Virus record (IMG/VR): IMGVR_UViG_3300043391_000302 | Span: 1 to 63,053 of that record | DNA length: 63,053 nucleotides | Reading direction: 5' to 3' (one strand) | From: a virus | Lineage: Duplodnaviria; Caudoviricetes | Part shown: positions 38,999 through 46,263 of the stretch, piece after piece | How the letters are laid out: every line of letters begins with the position of its first letter | Position numbering within the stretch: the stretch's first letter is position 1 | Notes under the pieces: generated by a model | Seen by the model: only the letters and a program-made list of their open reading frames with translations | What the model was told of the DNA's origin: nothing | The model's database searches: none | Position numbers and translations under genes: made by a program

Positions 38999-39084
38999 TG
39001 GATTATGTTTTTTAGGATTTGAAAATTGGCATCTCTTTCTGACTTGTTGTAGTATCCTAGGTATTCATGGTGTGTTTTTTAGTG

Positions 39085-39130
39085 TGGAACTGCCATTGGA
39101 ATCGAACCAATGTTGTGACCATCGCAGTTC
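39085..39130 (-). ncRNA. Mini-tRNA element 5
   Basis: GAACTGC-GATGGTCACAA-CATTGG-TTCGATT-CCAATG-GCAGTTC-CA. Confidence 0.8.
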
Positions 39131-39137
39131 GGGGGTA

Positions 39138-39425
39138 TTATTCAACTTCAGAAGTATCGTATCCTAACTCCTTCAGTTTATCTATAATACATCGTGGTAA
39201 GGCAAAGACTCCATCGTATCCGGTAACAAGTTTATCGCTTAGCCAAAGTCCGCCTTCAGCATACCATTCATCACCTCCTGATTCGGTGTCGTACAACTCG
39301 AACCATCCAAACCCATCATCTTTGATTCCAATGGTTACATTCAGTTCGATGTTTTCTTCTGCTTTGAGTGTGTCGAAACTATTCTCTAGAGATAGGCTTT
39401 CGACTGCTTTAAATTCATGCTTCAT
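39138..39425 (-). CDS. Hypothetical early protein flanked by identical direct repeats
   Basis: 95 aa; GWFELYD...YAEGGLW...GYDGVF.LP pattern. Confidence 0.7.
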   Translation of the reverse strand: MKHEFKAVESLSLENSFDTLKAEENIELNVTIGIKDDGFGWFELYDTESGGDEWYAEGGLWLSDKLVTGYDGVFALPRCIIDKLKELGYDTSEVE

Positions 39426-39442
39426 TGTGTTGTGTTTTAGTG

Positions 39443-39488
39443 TGGAACTGCCATTGGAATCGAACCAATGTTGTGACCATCGCAGTTC
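39443..39488 (-). ncRNA. Mini-tRNA element 6 (identical to element 5)
   Basis: Exact ~60-bp duplicate of 39077-39136. Confidence 0.8.
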
Positions 39489-39495
39489 GGGGGTG

Positions 39496-39678
39496 CTATA
39501 TCGTTATGCGAACTTCATAACCTACGTGCTGGTCATCCATATAACCACATTCGTTCAAATGCTCGCAGAACTCTTTCGCTCTTTCTTCCGTAGGGAATGA
39601 TGCGATTAATTCGTTTTGAACATTGGCGAAAATCTTTGCAGATGCTCTGCTGATAAAATAGACTGCGTACTTTTCCAT
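39496..39678 (-). CDS. Hypothetical early protein (probable first early gene)
   Basis: Probable true start MEKYAVYF at 39678 after AAAAACACAACACA. Confidence 0.65.
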   Translation of the reverse strand: MEKYAVYFISRASAKIFANVQNELIASFPTEERAKEFCEHLNECGYMDDQHVGYEVRITI

Positions 39679-39696
39679 TGTGTTGTGTTTTTGATT

Positions 39697-39741
39697 CGCA
39701 CCTCCCATCAGAATCGAACTGATGTGATGCCATTGGAGGTG
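39697..39741 (-). ncRNA. Mini-tRNA element 7
   Basis: CACCTCC-AATGGCATCA-CATCAG-TTCGATT-CTGATG-GGAGGTG: different stem sequence, same fold. Confidence 0.78.
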
Positions 39742-39749
39742 TATTATCA

Positions 39750-40109
39750 GTTGTACTACCATGTTGGCAGAAATGCCGATTAGGTCAAGTACAATAGCAA
39801 TCCATTCAGCCTCAGGACTACACTATACATGATGCGATAAATCAGCTATCATGTGTGATGGATTGGTTACTTCCGGTCTTGGTTGTTTACTGAAGATGCC
39901 TACTTACCGCACGATATTGAATCGTGTGGAATGTTCGTGTGTGGGTTGCGTCCGTTTAAGGAGCAGTGCCGTTTATCACCTATGTTCAACTAAACCAAGG
40001 GGTTTCACTCCGGGATTGGAATCTGCAACTTTGTTTCCCGCTGATTAGACCTGCACTACACGTAGTGTGGTATCATCTTCTAGCATTATCCGTTGCCGTG
40101 AGTCCAACC
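39750..40109 (-). ncRNA. Long structured 5' leader / candidate ncRNA of the early transcript
   Basis: No credible ORF; several hairpins (CACTAC/GTAGTG, CACGAT/ATCGTG, ACATGAT/ATCATGT, AATCCAT/ATGGATT, TTGTACT/AGTACAA). Confidence 0.45.
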
Positions 40110-40183
40110 TTTCAAAGAACTAAAATAGATAATAAGTATCTATTATGGAGACAAAGATTTGTGAAAAAATATTATTCCACAAA
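40110..40183 (-). promoter_or_regulatory. Probable early promoter with palindromic operator and boxA-like element
   Basis: TTTG-N20-AATCTTTG (Bacteroidota -33/-7, one mismatch); AATAGATA-N5-TATCTATT at 40124-40144; GTTCTTTGAAA at 40110-40120. Confidence 0.55.
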
Positions 40184-40313
40184 ATAAATTTTTTAGTAGC
40201 AGTTATGTATATGGGATTCTGACAATATAAAAAGCCCTGAAACCCACGTCATTATTGAATTTCAAGGCTATGTGAAAGTTTTGTTAAAGCGTGAAAATAA
40301 ATTAGGAAGTTAG

Positions 40314-40523
40314 CTAAAAGAGTGTTTTGATGGTATGATTTATGGTGTTTTCATCTATATAGAAGACCTTGTACATAGCCACACCAACGGGGTCTTCATC
40401 TTGTGCAAATTCAGTTATGTGTGCAGAAAAGTCCTCATATGACAACCTTTCAATATCGTTGATTCTGGCTTGAAGTTCTGCAAGGACGCTTGTTTTTACA
40501 TGGTTGAATAGGTGCTTATTCAT
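40314..40523 (-). CDS. Hypothetical protein
   Basis: 69 aa ORF with an A-rich leader. Confidence 0.55.
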   Translation of the reverse strand: MNKHLFNHVKTSVLAELQARINDIERLSYEDFSAHITEFAQDEDPVGVAMYKVFYIDENTINHTIKTLF

Positions 40524-40655
40524 GGTATTATTTTGTTATATGAAAGTATCAAAAGACATCACATTAGTGATATTTTTAATAGCAGAAAAAACACCCTGAG
40601 TTCGGGGAAAAAAACGTTGATGTTGGAGGAAAAAACCGAAGGTCAGTTCGGGGGG

Positions 40656-40979
40656 TTATAACCGCTTATTAAGTAAGTAACGGCGAACAGCAGAGAGGAA
40701 CTCCCGACCTAGAGAAGAGATAGTAAACCTTTCCTGATTAAGTGCAATAAGACCCTTTGAATGCAGGGAGTGAATGTAACGTGATACGGATGCCGGAGAG
40801 ATGATATAATGACAATTGGATGCATGGCGAAGGATTGCCATCTGAGATGAATCCATGGGTAGATAATTGACCGCATAAAGGACGAACAACTCATGGTGGG
40901 TTAGAGGTTCAATGCCAAACTTTCTGGAGACCTTTTCATTGGCGGAAGGAAGGTGGAATAAGACCTTTTCTATTTTCAT
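40656..40979 (-). CDS. MarR-like winged-helix DNA-binding protein
   Basis: LTHHELFVL...SPASVSRYIHSL.SKGLI...IS.LG. Confidence 0.65.
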   Translation of the reverse strand: MKIEKVLFHLPSANEKVSRKFGIEPLTHHELFVLYAVNYLPMDSSQMAILRHASNCHYIISPASVSRYIHSLHSKGLIALNQERFTISSLGREFLSAVRRYLLNKRL

Positions 40980-41496
40980 GTTGTGGTGGCTGATGGGTGG
41001 AAGGAGGGGTTATTGCTTTGGTCAGGGAAGACGCAATCAGGAAACTATTTGCACCGGAAATTCCTGATTTCCCCTGATGGCTTCGCACAATCAGGCACAA
41101 GGTGTGTGCATTTCCATTTCATAACACGCTAATTGTCAGTTTATTGTATCGCAATTCGAATTAATGCTACATTAATTGAGTGCCGAAAATCGAATCGAAA
41201 ACGCCCAATTTGACCCCCACCCGATGCCCGATTCCGGCTTCGCTCTCGACCGCTACACCCACTATATATAACACTTACCCCTCCATTTCGCCCACACAAA
41301 TCCAGTATTCAAATCTCCCGACTTTCTGGATACCCCTGTGATCTCATTACAGGCGATCCTAGACCGTCTTTTTATTTAACTGGAATCATAGATCACCCCA
41401 GTTTAAACCCATTATACAAAGATACCACAGCCTATATCTAAAACATATACTTTTCCTCACATGTGGATACCGTTATCTCTATAATAGATAGTTCGA

Positions 41497-41504
41497 TAAT
41501 TTTG
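41497..41504 (+). promoter_or_regulatory. Possible -7 promoter box for the rightward transcript
   Basis: TAATTTTG matches TAnnTTTG; -33 box not evident. Confidence 0.35.
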
Positions 41505-41505
41505 T

Positions 41506-41710
41506 ATTCTGGTTCTACCTACTAGGGTTGTCTCCAGTCAAAAGGCAGGCTATGTTTAATCCGATGGCGGATATGTTTAAGCTGATAGTAGGAGCGACAG
41601 GGCCCATTCCCTGACCAGTAATGGTAGCTGCGTGACGGAGTCGACGAACTCAGGTGCAGTTTTCTTCGCAAAGGTTAACTCCTTTTAAGCGAAGCTTTGT
41701 TCTGGAATCT
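41506..41710 (+). ncRNA. Candidate structured RNA / leader
   Basis: GC-richer non-coding segment with stems CCTACTA/TAGTAGG, CAGGG/CCCTG and CTTCGC/GCGAAG. Confidence 0.4.
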
Positions 41711-41727
41711 CTAAATCTTGGTGCAGT

Positions 41728-41985
41728 TTGAAGAAGCATATACAGGTATACTTAGAGTACTTTAATTACCATGATTTTATTCCTTGTGAAGTGTGTGGCG
41801 GAAAGGCTGTTGACATTCATCATATTGATTGTAGGGGTATGGGCAGCAGCAAAACTAAAGACAAGATCGAAAACCTGATGGCGGTCTGCAGGGAATGTCA
41901 TCTTGAGTATGGTGATAAGAAGCAGCACATAGAATTTCTAAAAGATAAACATAATGAAAGACTCGGTCACTTTAAAAAGGATTGA
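41728..41985 (+). CDS. HNH endonuclease-like protein
   Basis: CEVC...DIHHI...NLMAVCRECH. Confidence 0.8.
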   Translation: MKKHIQVYLEYFNYHDFIPCEVCGGKAVDIHHIDCRGMGSSKTKDKIENLMAVCRECHLEYGDKKQHIEFLKDKHNERLGHFKKD

Positions 41986-42457
41986 ACTTCTCCATCCTAA
42001 GGTCAGAGAAGAGGTTAAGGAGATATACGAGGAGATCAGTCAAGCTCTGACTAAGTCTGTTTGTCGTTTTTCCTATACACTCAGGACATTTAAAGAACAG
42101 GAAGAGTTGTTTGCCCAAGGCAGAACTAAGCCCGGTCCTAAGGTAACCAACGCCAGATCAGGGCTGTCATATCATAATTATGGGTTGGCTTTGGACATCG
42201 TTCTACTTATAGACAAGGATAAGAACGGTACCTATGAGACTGCGGTGTGGGATACGAAATCAGATTTTGATGGCGACAGAAAAAGTGACTGGATCGAGAT
42301 TGTTACAATATTCAAGCAGCACGGGTGGACGTGGGGTGGTGACTGGAAGTTTTATGATGCGCCACACTTTGAAAAAACATTTGGGTATTCTGTACGTCAG
42401 CTTTTATCTCTATACAATTCTGGTAAGGTTGACAAGAACAACTACGTCCTAATCTGA
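41954..42457 (+). CDS. Endolysin, peptidase M15 (L-Ala-D-Glu peptidase-like)
   Basis: LRT..EQ..L.AQGRT, SYHNYGLALD and WGGDW..YDAPHFE motifs. Confidence 0.92.
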   Translation: MKDSVTLKRIELLHPKVREEVKEIYEEISQALTKSVCRFSYTLRTFKEQEELFAQGRTKPGPKVTNARSGLSYHNYGLALDIVLLIDKDKNGTYETAVWDTKSDFDGDRKSDWIEIVTIFKQHGWTWGGDWKFYDAPHFEKTFGYSVRQLLSLYNSGKVDKNNYVLI

Positions 42458-42514
42458 TGATAACTAGCAGCATAACTAATTTATTTAGTTAATAATGCTA
42501 AGTAATTTAGTATC

Positions 42515-43078
42515 ATGATTTCTCCAACAAAAATTATCATCACGGTCGAAAAGCGTCTTAACGACGAAATTGATTTCAATGGCGGTAAGCTTTACTTGGA
42601 TCCTACCTACCGACCAGAGTGGAACGCCTTCCCATATGGAACTGTAGTCAGTGCACCTCTTAAGAATGTTTACGTAGAGGATGACTTCGTATACAATGTC
42701 CAAACCGGAGACAGGCTGTACATAAACTACGGTGTACTGATGGACATGGCCAACCTCATAGAGCATGAAGGTCAGGAGTACTGGCTAGTTGATTATTTTA
42801 TGGCGCTTGCCCTTGTTAGGGATGGAGTCATCAAGCCTGTAGGCTCTCACATCCTAATCGAACCCATGGAAGGAGAAGTTGAGTCTTCTATTATTATCCC
42901 AGACATGAGCAGGAAGATTGTGTTGAGCAAGGGAAAAGTATTTGCATCAAACGATCCTGCAATTAAGGAAGGATCTATAGTAGGTTTTGAGGACAAGGGA
43001 ATGTTTGAGAATGAGATCGAGGGGAAGAAGTTATTTGTAATGTATAATTCTAATATCCTTTATGAAGAAGCAAGATAA
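42515..43078 (+). CDS. GroES-like co-chaperonin (tandem GroES-like domains)
   Basis: GTVVSAP...VQTGDRLY and KPVGSHILIEP...IIIPD...GKV...EG..VGF...IEGKKLFVM. Confidence 0.7.
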   Translation: MISPTKIIITVEKRLNDEIDFNGGKLYLDPTYRPEWNAFPYGTVVSAPLKNVYVEDDFVYNVQTGDRLYINYGVLMDMANLIEHEGQEYWLVDYFMALALVRDGVIKPVGSHILIEPMEGEVESSIIIPDMSRKIVLSKGKVFASNDPAIKEGSIVGFEDKGMFENEIEGKKLFVMYNSNILYEEAR

Positions 43079-43319
43079 AAAGTATATACGGCAAATAGCG
43101 GACAGGCTTCCTGTAGTTATGGATCAGACGGTGTCTGGTTATTACGAGGAGGATGGAGAGATGAAACCGAACCTAGTCAATCATCCTATAAATCACGAGA
43201 GGAGATTAAGGAAGGCATACGAGAGTCTTGGCATTGATGGGATCAAATCTTATCTAGATTATATTTTTAAAATCCAACAGGAGTACAAGACGGAGCTAGA
43301 GAAACATGCTGGACTGTGA
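43062..43319 (+). CDS. Hypothetical protein
   Basis: Coupled ORF. Confidence 0.6.
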   Translation: MKKQDKKYIRQIADRLPVVMDQTVSGYYEEDGEMKPNLVNHPINHERRLRKAYESLGIDGIKSYLDYIFKIQQEYKTELEKHAGL

Positions 43320-43797
43320 AACACCTATAGGTCAGACATTCATAAGCCACCAGTATGATACGCAAAAAATACTGGAGGGTAAAGGATATACGCTGATGAA
43401 CATGTCTTCCAAGGACAGTCATGCTGATGTTATCATCGCTAAAAATATAGACGGGGTTTTGACAGCGTGTGGTGTGGCTGAGATTAAGAGCAGGAAGATG
43501 GCAGGAGATAAGCCTTTGACTAGGGATTACTTAAAGGCTGGAGGTTACCTGATAACTAGAGAGAAGCTGGACTACGGTAGTCAGTGTGCTTTTCTTTTTG
43601 GCGTTCCGTATTATTTAGTAGTTAACCTGCTTTTGGAAAAGGTTGTGTTAATATGGAAGGTAACTAATGATCAGGGCCTGTTTGAGTTTGATTTTGATAC
43701 TAGGGAGACCAGCACGAAGATGACATGTAACGGTGGCGAGATAGTTCGAAAGAATGCCTACCTACCAGTTGATAAAGCGTTTTGTATTGAATACTAG
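43306..43797 (+). CDS. PD-(D/E)xK nuclease-like protein
   Basis: ADVII...AEIKSR motif. Confidence 0.6.
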   Translation: MLDCETPIGQTFISHQYDTQKILEGKGYTLMNMSSKDSHADVIIAKNIDGVLTACGVAEIKSRKMAGDKPLTRDYLKAGGYLITREKLDYGSQCAFLFGVPYYLVVNLLLEKVVLIWKVTNDQGLFEFDFDTRETSTKMTCNGGEIVRKNAYLPVDKAFCIEY

Positions 43798-44170
43798 CAA
43801 TGAATTAAGAATAGGTGATGTAGCAGAGTTTCTCTTTGACGCTAGGGCGGTACAGAGAGGATTTATTGTCAATAGACCTATACACGCTGGTACTATTTAT
43901 GATAGGGTGGTTGAGTGCGATGGTTGTTTTAAAAAGGTTCAGATAAAGTGCACGACAAAGCAGCACGGTTCTGGTGGAGCAAATATTGTATTGAGGAGAA
44001 ATAAAAACCAATTGTATCCTGTAGAGCTAGTAGATGTGTTTGCTATTTATGTAATGCATTGGGACGCTTGGTATTTTTTTAAAAACGAAGGGCAGAAGAG
44101 TGTATACATAACTAAGAAAACTTGGAAAGAGAACCTCGAGGATTGGAATATATTTTATGAAACGGTATAA
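43754..44170 (+). CDS. PD-(D/E)xK endonuclease (PDDEXK_5-like)
   Basis: GDVAE, YDRVV...KVQIK and Y...VDVFAIY motifs; start may be TTG at 43787. Confidence 0.75.
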   Translation: MPTYQLIKRFVLNTSNELRIGDVAEFLFDARAVQRGFIVNRPIHAGTIYDRVVECDGCFKKVQIKCTTKQHGSGGANIVLRRNKNQLYPVELVDVFAIYVMHWDAWYFFKNEGQKSVYITKKTWKENLEDWNIFYETV

Positions 44171-44426
44171 GGTTATATACAAGAATTTAAAAAAGGCTTG
44201 GGGATATGCTGATCTAACCAATAAGGAAGTTATTATGGACCGTTCATTAAACGGTAAGAAGCACCTTGAGATACTTCTACATGAGCTCACTCACCTGTGT
44301 CTACCAGAAGCTACCGAAGAAGAAGTTGTTAGGATGTCCATATATATAACCAATACCCTCTGGCAACAGAAGTACCGGAGGATCGATGATAGAAATCACT
44401 TACCATTACAAGACGGAACCAAATGA
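44157..44426 (+). CDS. Small zincin-like metallopeptidase
   Basis: WG.A...LLHELTH...EEEV. Confidence 0.7.
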   Translation: MKRYKVIYKNLKKAWGYADLTNKEVIMDRSLNGKKHLEILLHELTHLCLPEATEEEVVRMSIYITNTLWQQKYRRIDDRNHLPLQDGTK

Positions 44427-44653
44427 GCAGATTTATTAAGATCCCCAGTTTTTTTTACGAAGACAATCTTCTTTACTTTAATGATCTATGGATTAATCCA
44501 TTCCAGATTGAGTCTTATATCGAGACAGATATTTCTTATACAGACGATAGCGGTATACCCGTTGAAAGAAATGGAGTTAAGGTATTTACTAAGGGAGGAA
44601 TGGAGTGGGGTGTTCTAATGACTATAGAGGAATTTGAGCGAATAATAGAATAA
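44423..44653 (+). CDS. Hypothetical protein
   Basis: 76 aa coupled ORF. Confidence 0.6.
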   Translation: MSRFIKIPSFFYEDNLLYFNDLWINPFQIESYIETDISYTDDSGIPVERNGVKVFTKGGMEWGVLMTIEEFERIIE

Positions 44654-44693
44654 TTCACCCCCTGTTTTTAAGGCCCCCGATCTGTCTCACCTC

Positions 44694-44701
44694 TAACTTT
44701 G
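44694..44701 (+). promoter_or_regulatory. -7 promoter box upstream of the glycosyltransferase/packaging operon
   Basis: TAACTTTG matches TAnnTTTG, 8 nt before the ATG. Confidence 0.45.
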
Positions 44702-44708
44702 CTTCTGC

Positions 44709-45683
44709 ATGAAAGTGTTGTCATACATCAAGGGGAACGATGGTTCCTCGTATCATAGAGTTTTCATGCCAAACCAAACAATCGAAACTGAAGTAAAAAC
44801 CATAAGAGGTTTGAATGAAGATGATTTGGCTTGGTGTGATATCCTGCATTATAATCGCCATTCAACAGTATCTCCAAAGTTTCTTTCTCAGTTAAGGGAT
44901 AAGTATGGGTTTAAGATAGTAGTAGACTGTGATGACTGGTGGGAGGTTGGTAAAGACCACCCCAAGTATGAGTGGTGGAGGCAGTCTAATGTTGCGCTTC
45001 AGATCAGGGAACACCTGATGTATGCTGATGCTGTAACAACTACGCATGAAAGGTTGGCTGCTATCATCCCGAATGAGACGTATATACTTCCTAATGCTCT
45101 GAGTTATGGAGAAGGGCAGTTTGCTTATAGAGAACAAACAAAGAGTGATAGGGTAAGGTTGCTTTATGCAAGTACGATAATGAACTATAGCAATACGGCA
45201 CTAATAGCCGGGGCTATGAAGAAATTAAAACACCTCAACATTGAGGTGATTGTGGCGGGAGAACATGAGAGTCCGCTCTTTGACATACTGGTGAAGAATT
45301 TAACTAATGGTGAGATTCCATTCAGAACATTTCCATGGACGGATGCAGAACATTACATGGCTGGATATGAAGGTGATATCGGAATACTTCCGAATAAACC
45401 TTCAACATTTAACAGTATGAAGAGCAACCTCAAGGTTCTTGAATATGCTTCTTTAAAATTACCAGTAGTTGTAAGTGAATCGGATCCGTATATCGGAATG
45501 CCCGTGAACTATTTCTCTGGAGAGAAGAGTTTTATTGAGCAGGTAACTAGGCTTGTTGAGGACGTTGAATACAGAAAAGAGTGTGGAGATAAACTACACG
45601 ATTGGTGTATTTCTAATTATAATCTAAAAGACTGGGCTGGTAGAAGGCTAGCTGTTTATAAAGAAGTTTATGATCACAGATAA
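44709..45683 (+). CDS. Glycosyltransferase (GT-B, GT4-like)
   Basis: SYHRV.MP, VVDCDD, ADAVTTT, LPNA and FNSMKSNLKVLEY...PVVVS motifs. Confidence 0.85.
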   Translation: MKVLSYIKGNDGSSYHRVFMPNQTIETEVKTIRGLNEDDLAWCDILHYNRHSTVSPKFLSQLRDKYGFKIVVDCDDWWEVGKDHPKYEWWRQSNVALQIREHLMYADAVTTTHERLAAIIPNETYILPNALSYGEGQFAYREQTKSDRVRLLYASTIMNYSNTALIAGAMKKLKHLNIEVIVAGEHESPLFDILVKNLTNGEIPFRTFPWTDAEHYMAGYEGDIGILPNKPSTFNSMKSNLKVLEYASLKLPVVVSESDPYIGMPVNYFSGEKSFIEQVTRLVEDVEYRKECGDKLHDWCISNYNLKDWAGRRLAVYKEVYDHR

Positions 45684-46263
45684 AGAGTTATCAGTAATAG
45701 AGTTTAACCCTCTATCTAAGAAGCCAATGCTAACTGCATACCCTAAGCTCAAAGAGATTCTCGGCTCGGGGGATGATAGAATGATTCGTTATGTAATACT
45801 AATGTATGACGTATCTAGTCCGTTGAGACAGCACTATCCTGACTTAAGTAAAAGAAAAGAATTTGCCGCAACACTTGCAGGTTTTGATTTGGTTAAAGAT
45901 GATGTAGTAAGTCTGTTTGAGTTTAGGCTAAACGATGAACCACACGAGTCTTTACTTGACATGATCACCACTTATCTAAAGTATCAGAACAACTGGGTAT
46001 GGTCAATGATTGTCAGCAACGAGCAGGCATTCTATGAGTATAACCAGAGGGTTATGATGCCAGTAGAGGGAAACCGTGACAAGGATATTCTTCAGGCGAT
46101 TAATATCAAGACTCAGATCATGGTATCTCAGGATGATATCTATCAGAGGCTGCAGAAGTATTACAGAGAATTAAGTGGAGGTGATGATAAACTTCAAGAA
46201 TCAATAACAACAAGAAAGAGGTTGAGGCCTGAGCAAATCGCAGATGTACAGACAAGTAGATAA
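45670..46263 (+). CDS. Hypothetical protein, terminase small subunit candidate
   Basis: Helical protein overlapping the TerL start. Confidence 0.5.
   Translation: MITDKELSVIEFNPLSKKPMLTAYPKLKEILGSGDDRMIRYVILMYDVSSPLRQHYPDLSKRKEFAATLAGFDLVKDDVVSLFEFRLNDEPHESLLDMITTYLKYQNNWVWSMIVSNEQAFYEYNQRVMMPVEGNRDKDILQAINIKTQIMVSQDDIYQRLQKYYRELSGGDDKLQESITTRKRLRPEQIADVQTSR

Noticed and set aside
36163-39741. CRISPR array or integron attC array
   Set aside because: Spacing is gene-sized and irregular, the units fold as acceptor plus T-arm, there are no cas genes, and attC R-box ends (RYYYAAC/GTTRRRY) are absent.
43754-44170. Group I intron around the PD-(D/E)xK endonuclease
   Set aside because: The ORF overlaps intact neighbours on both sides, leaving no room for intron core structure; it is treated as free-standing.
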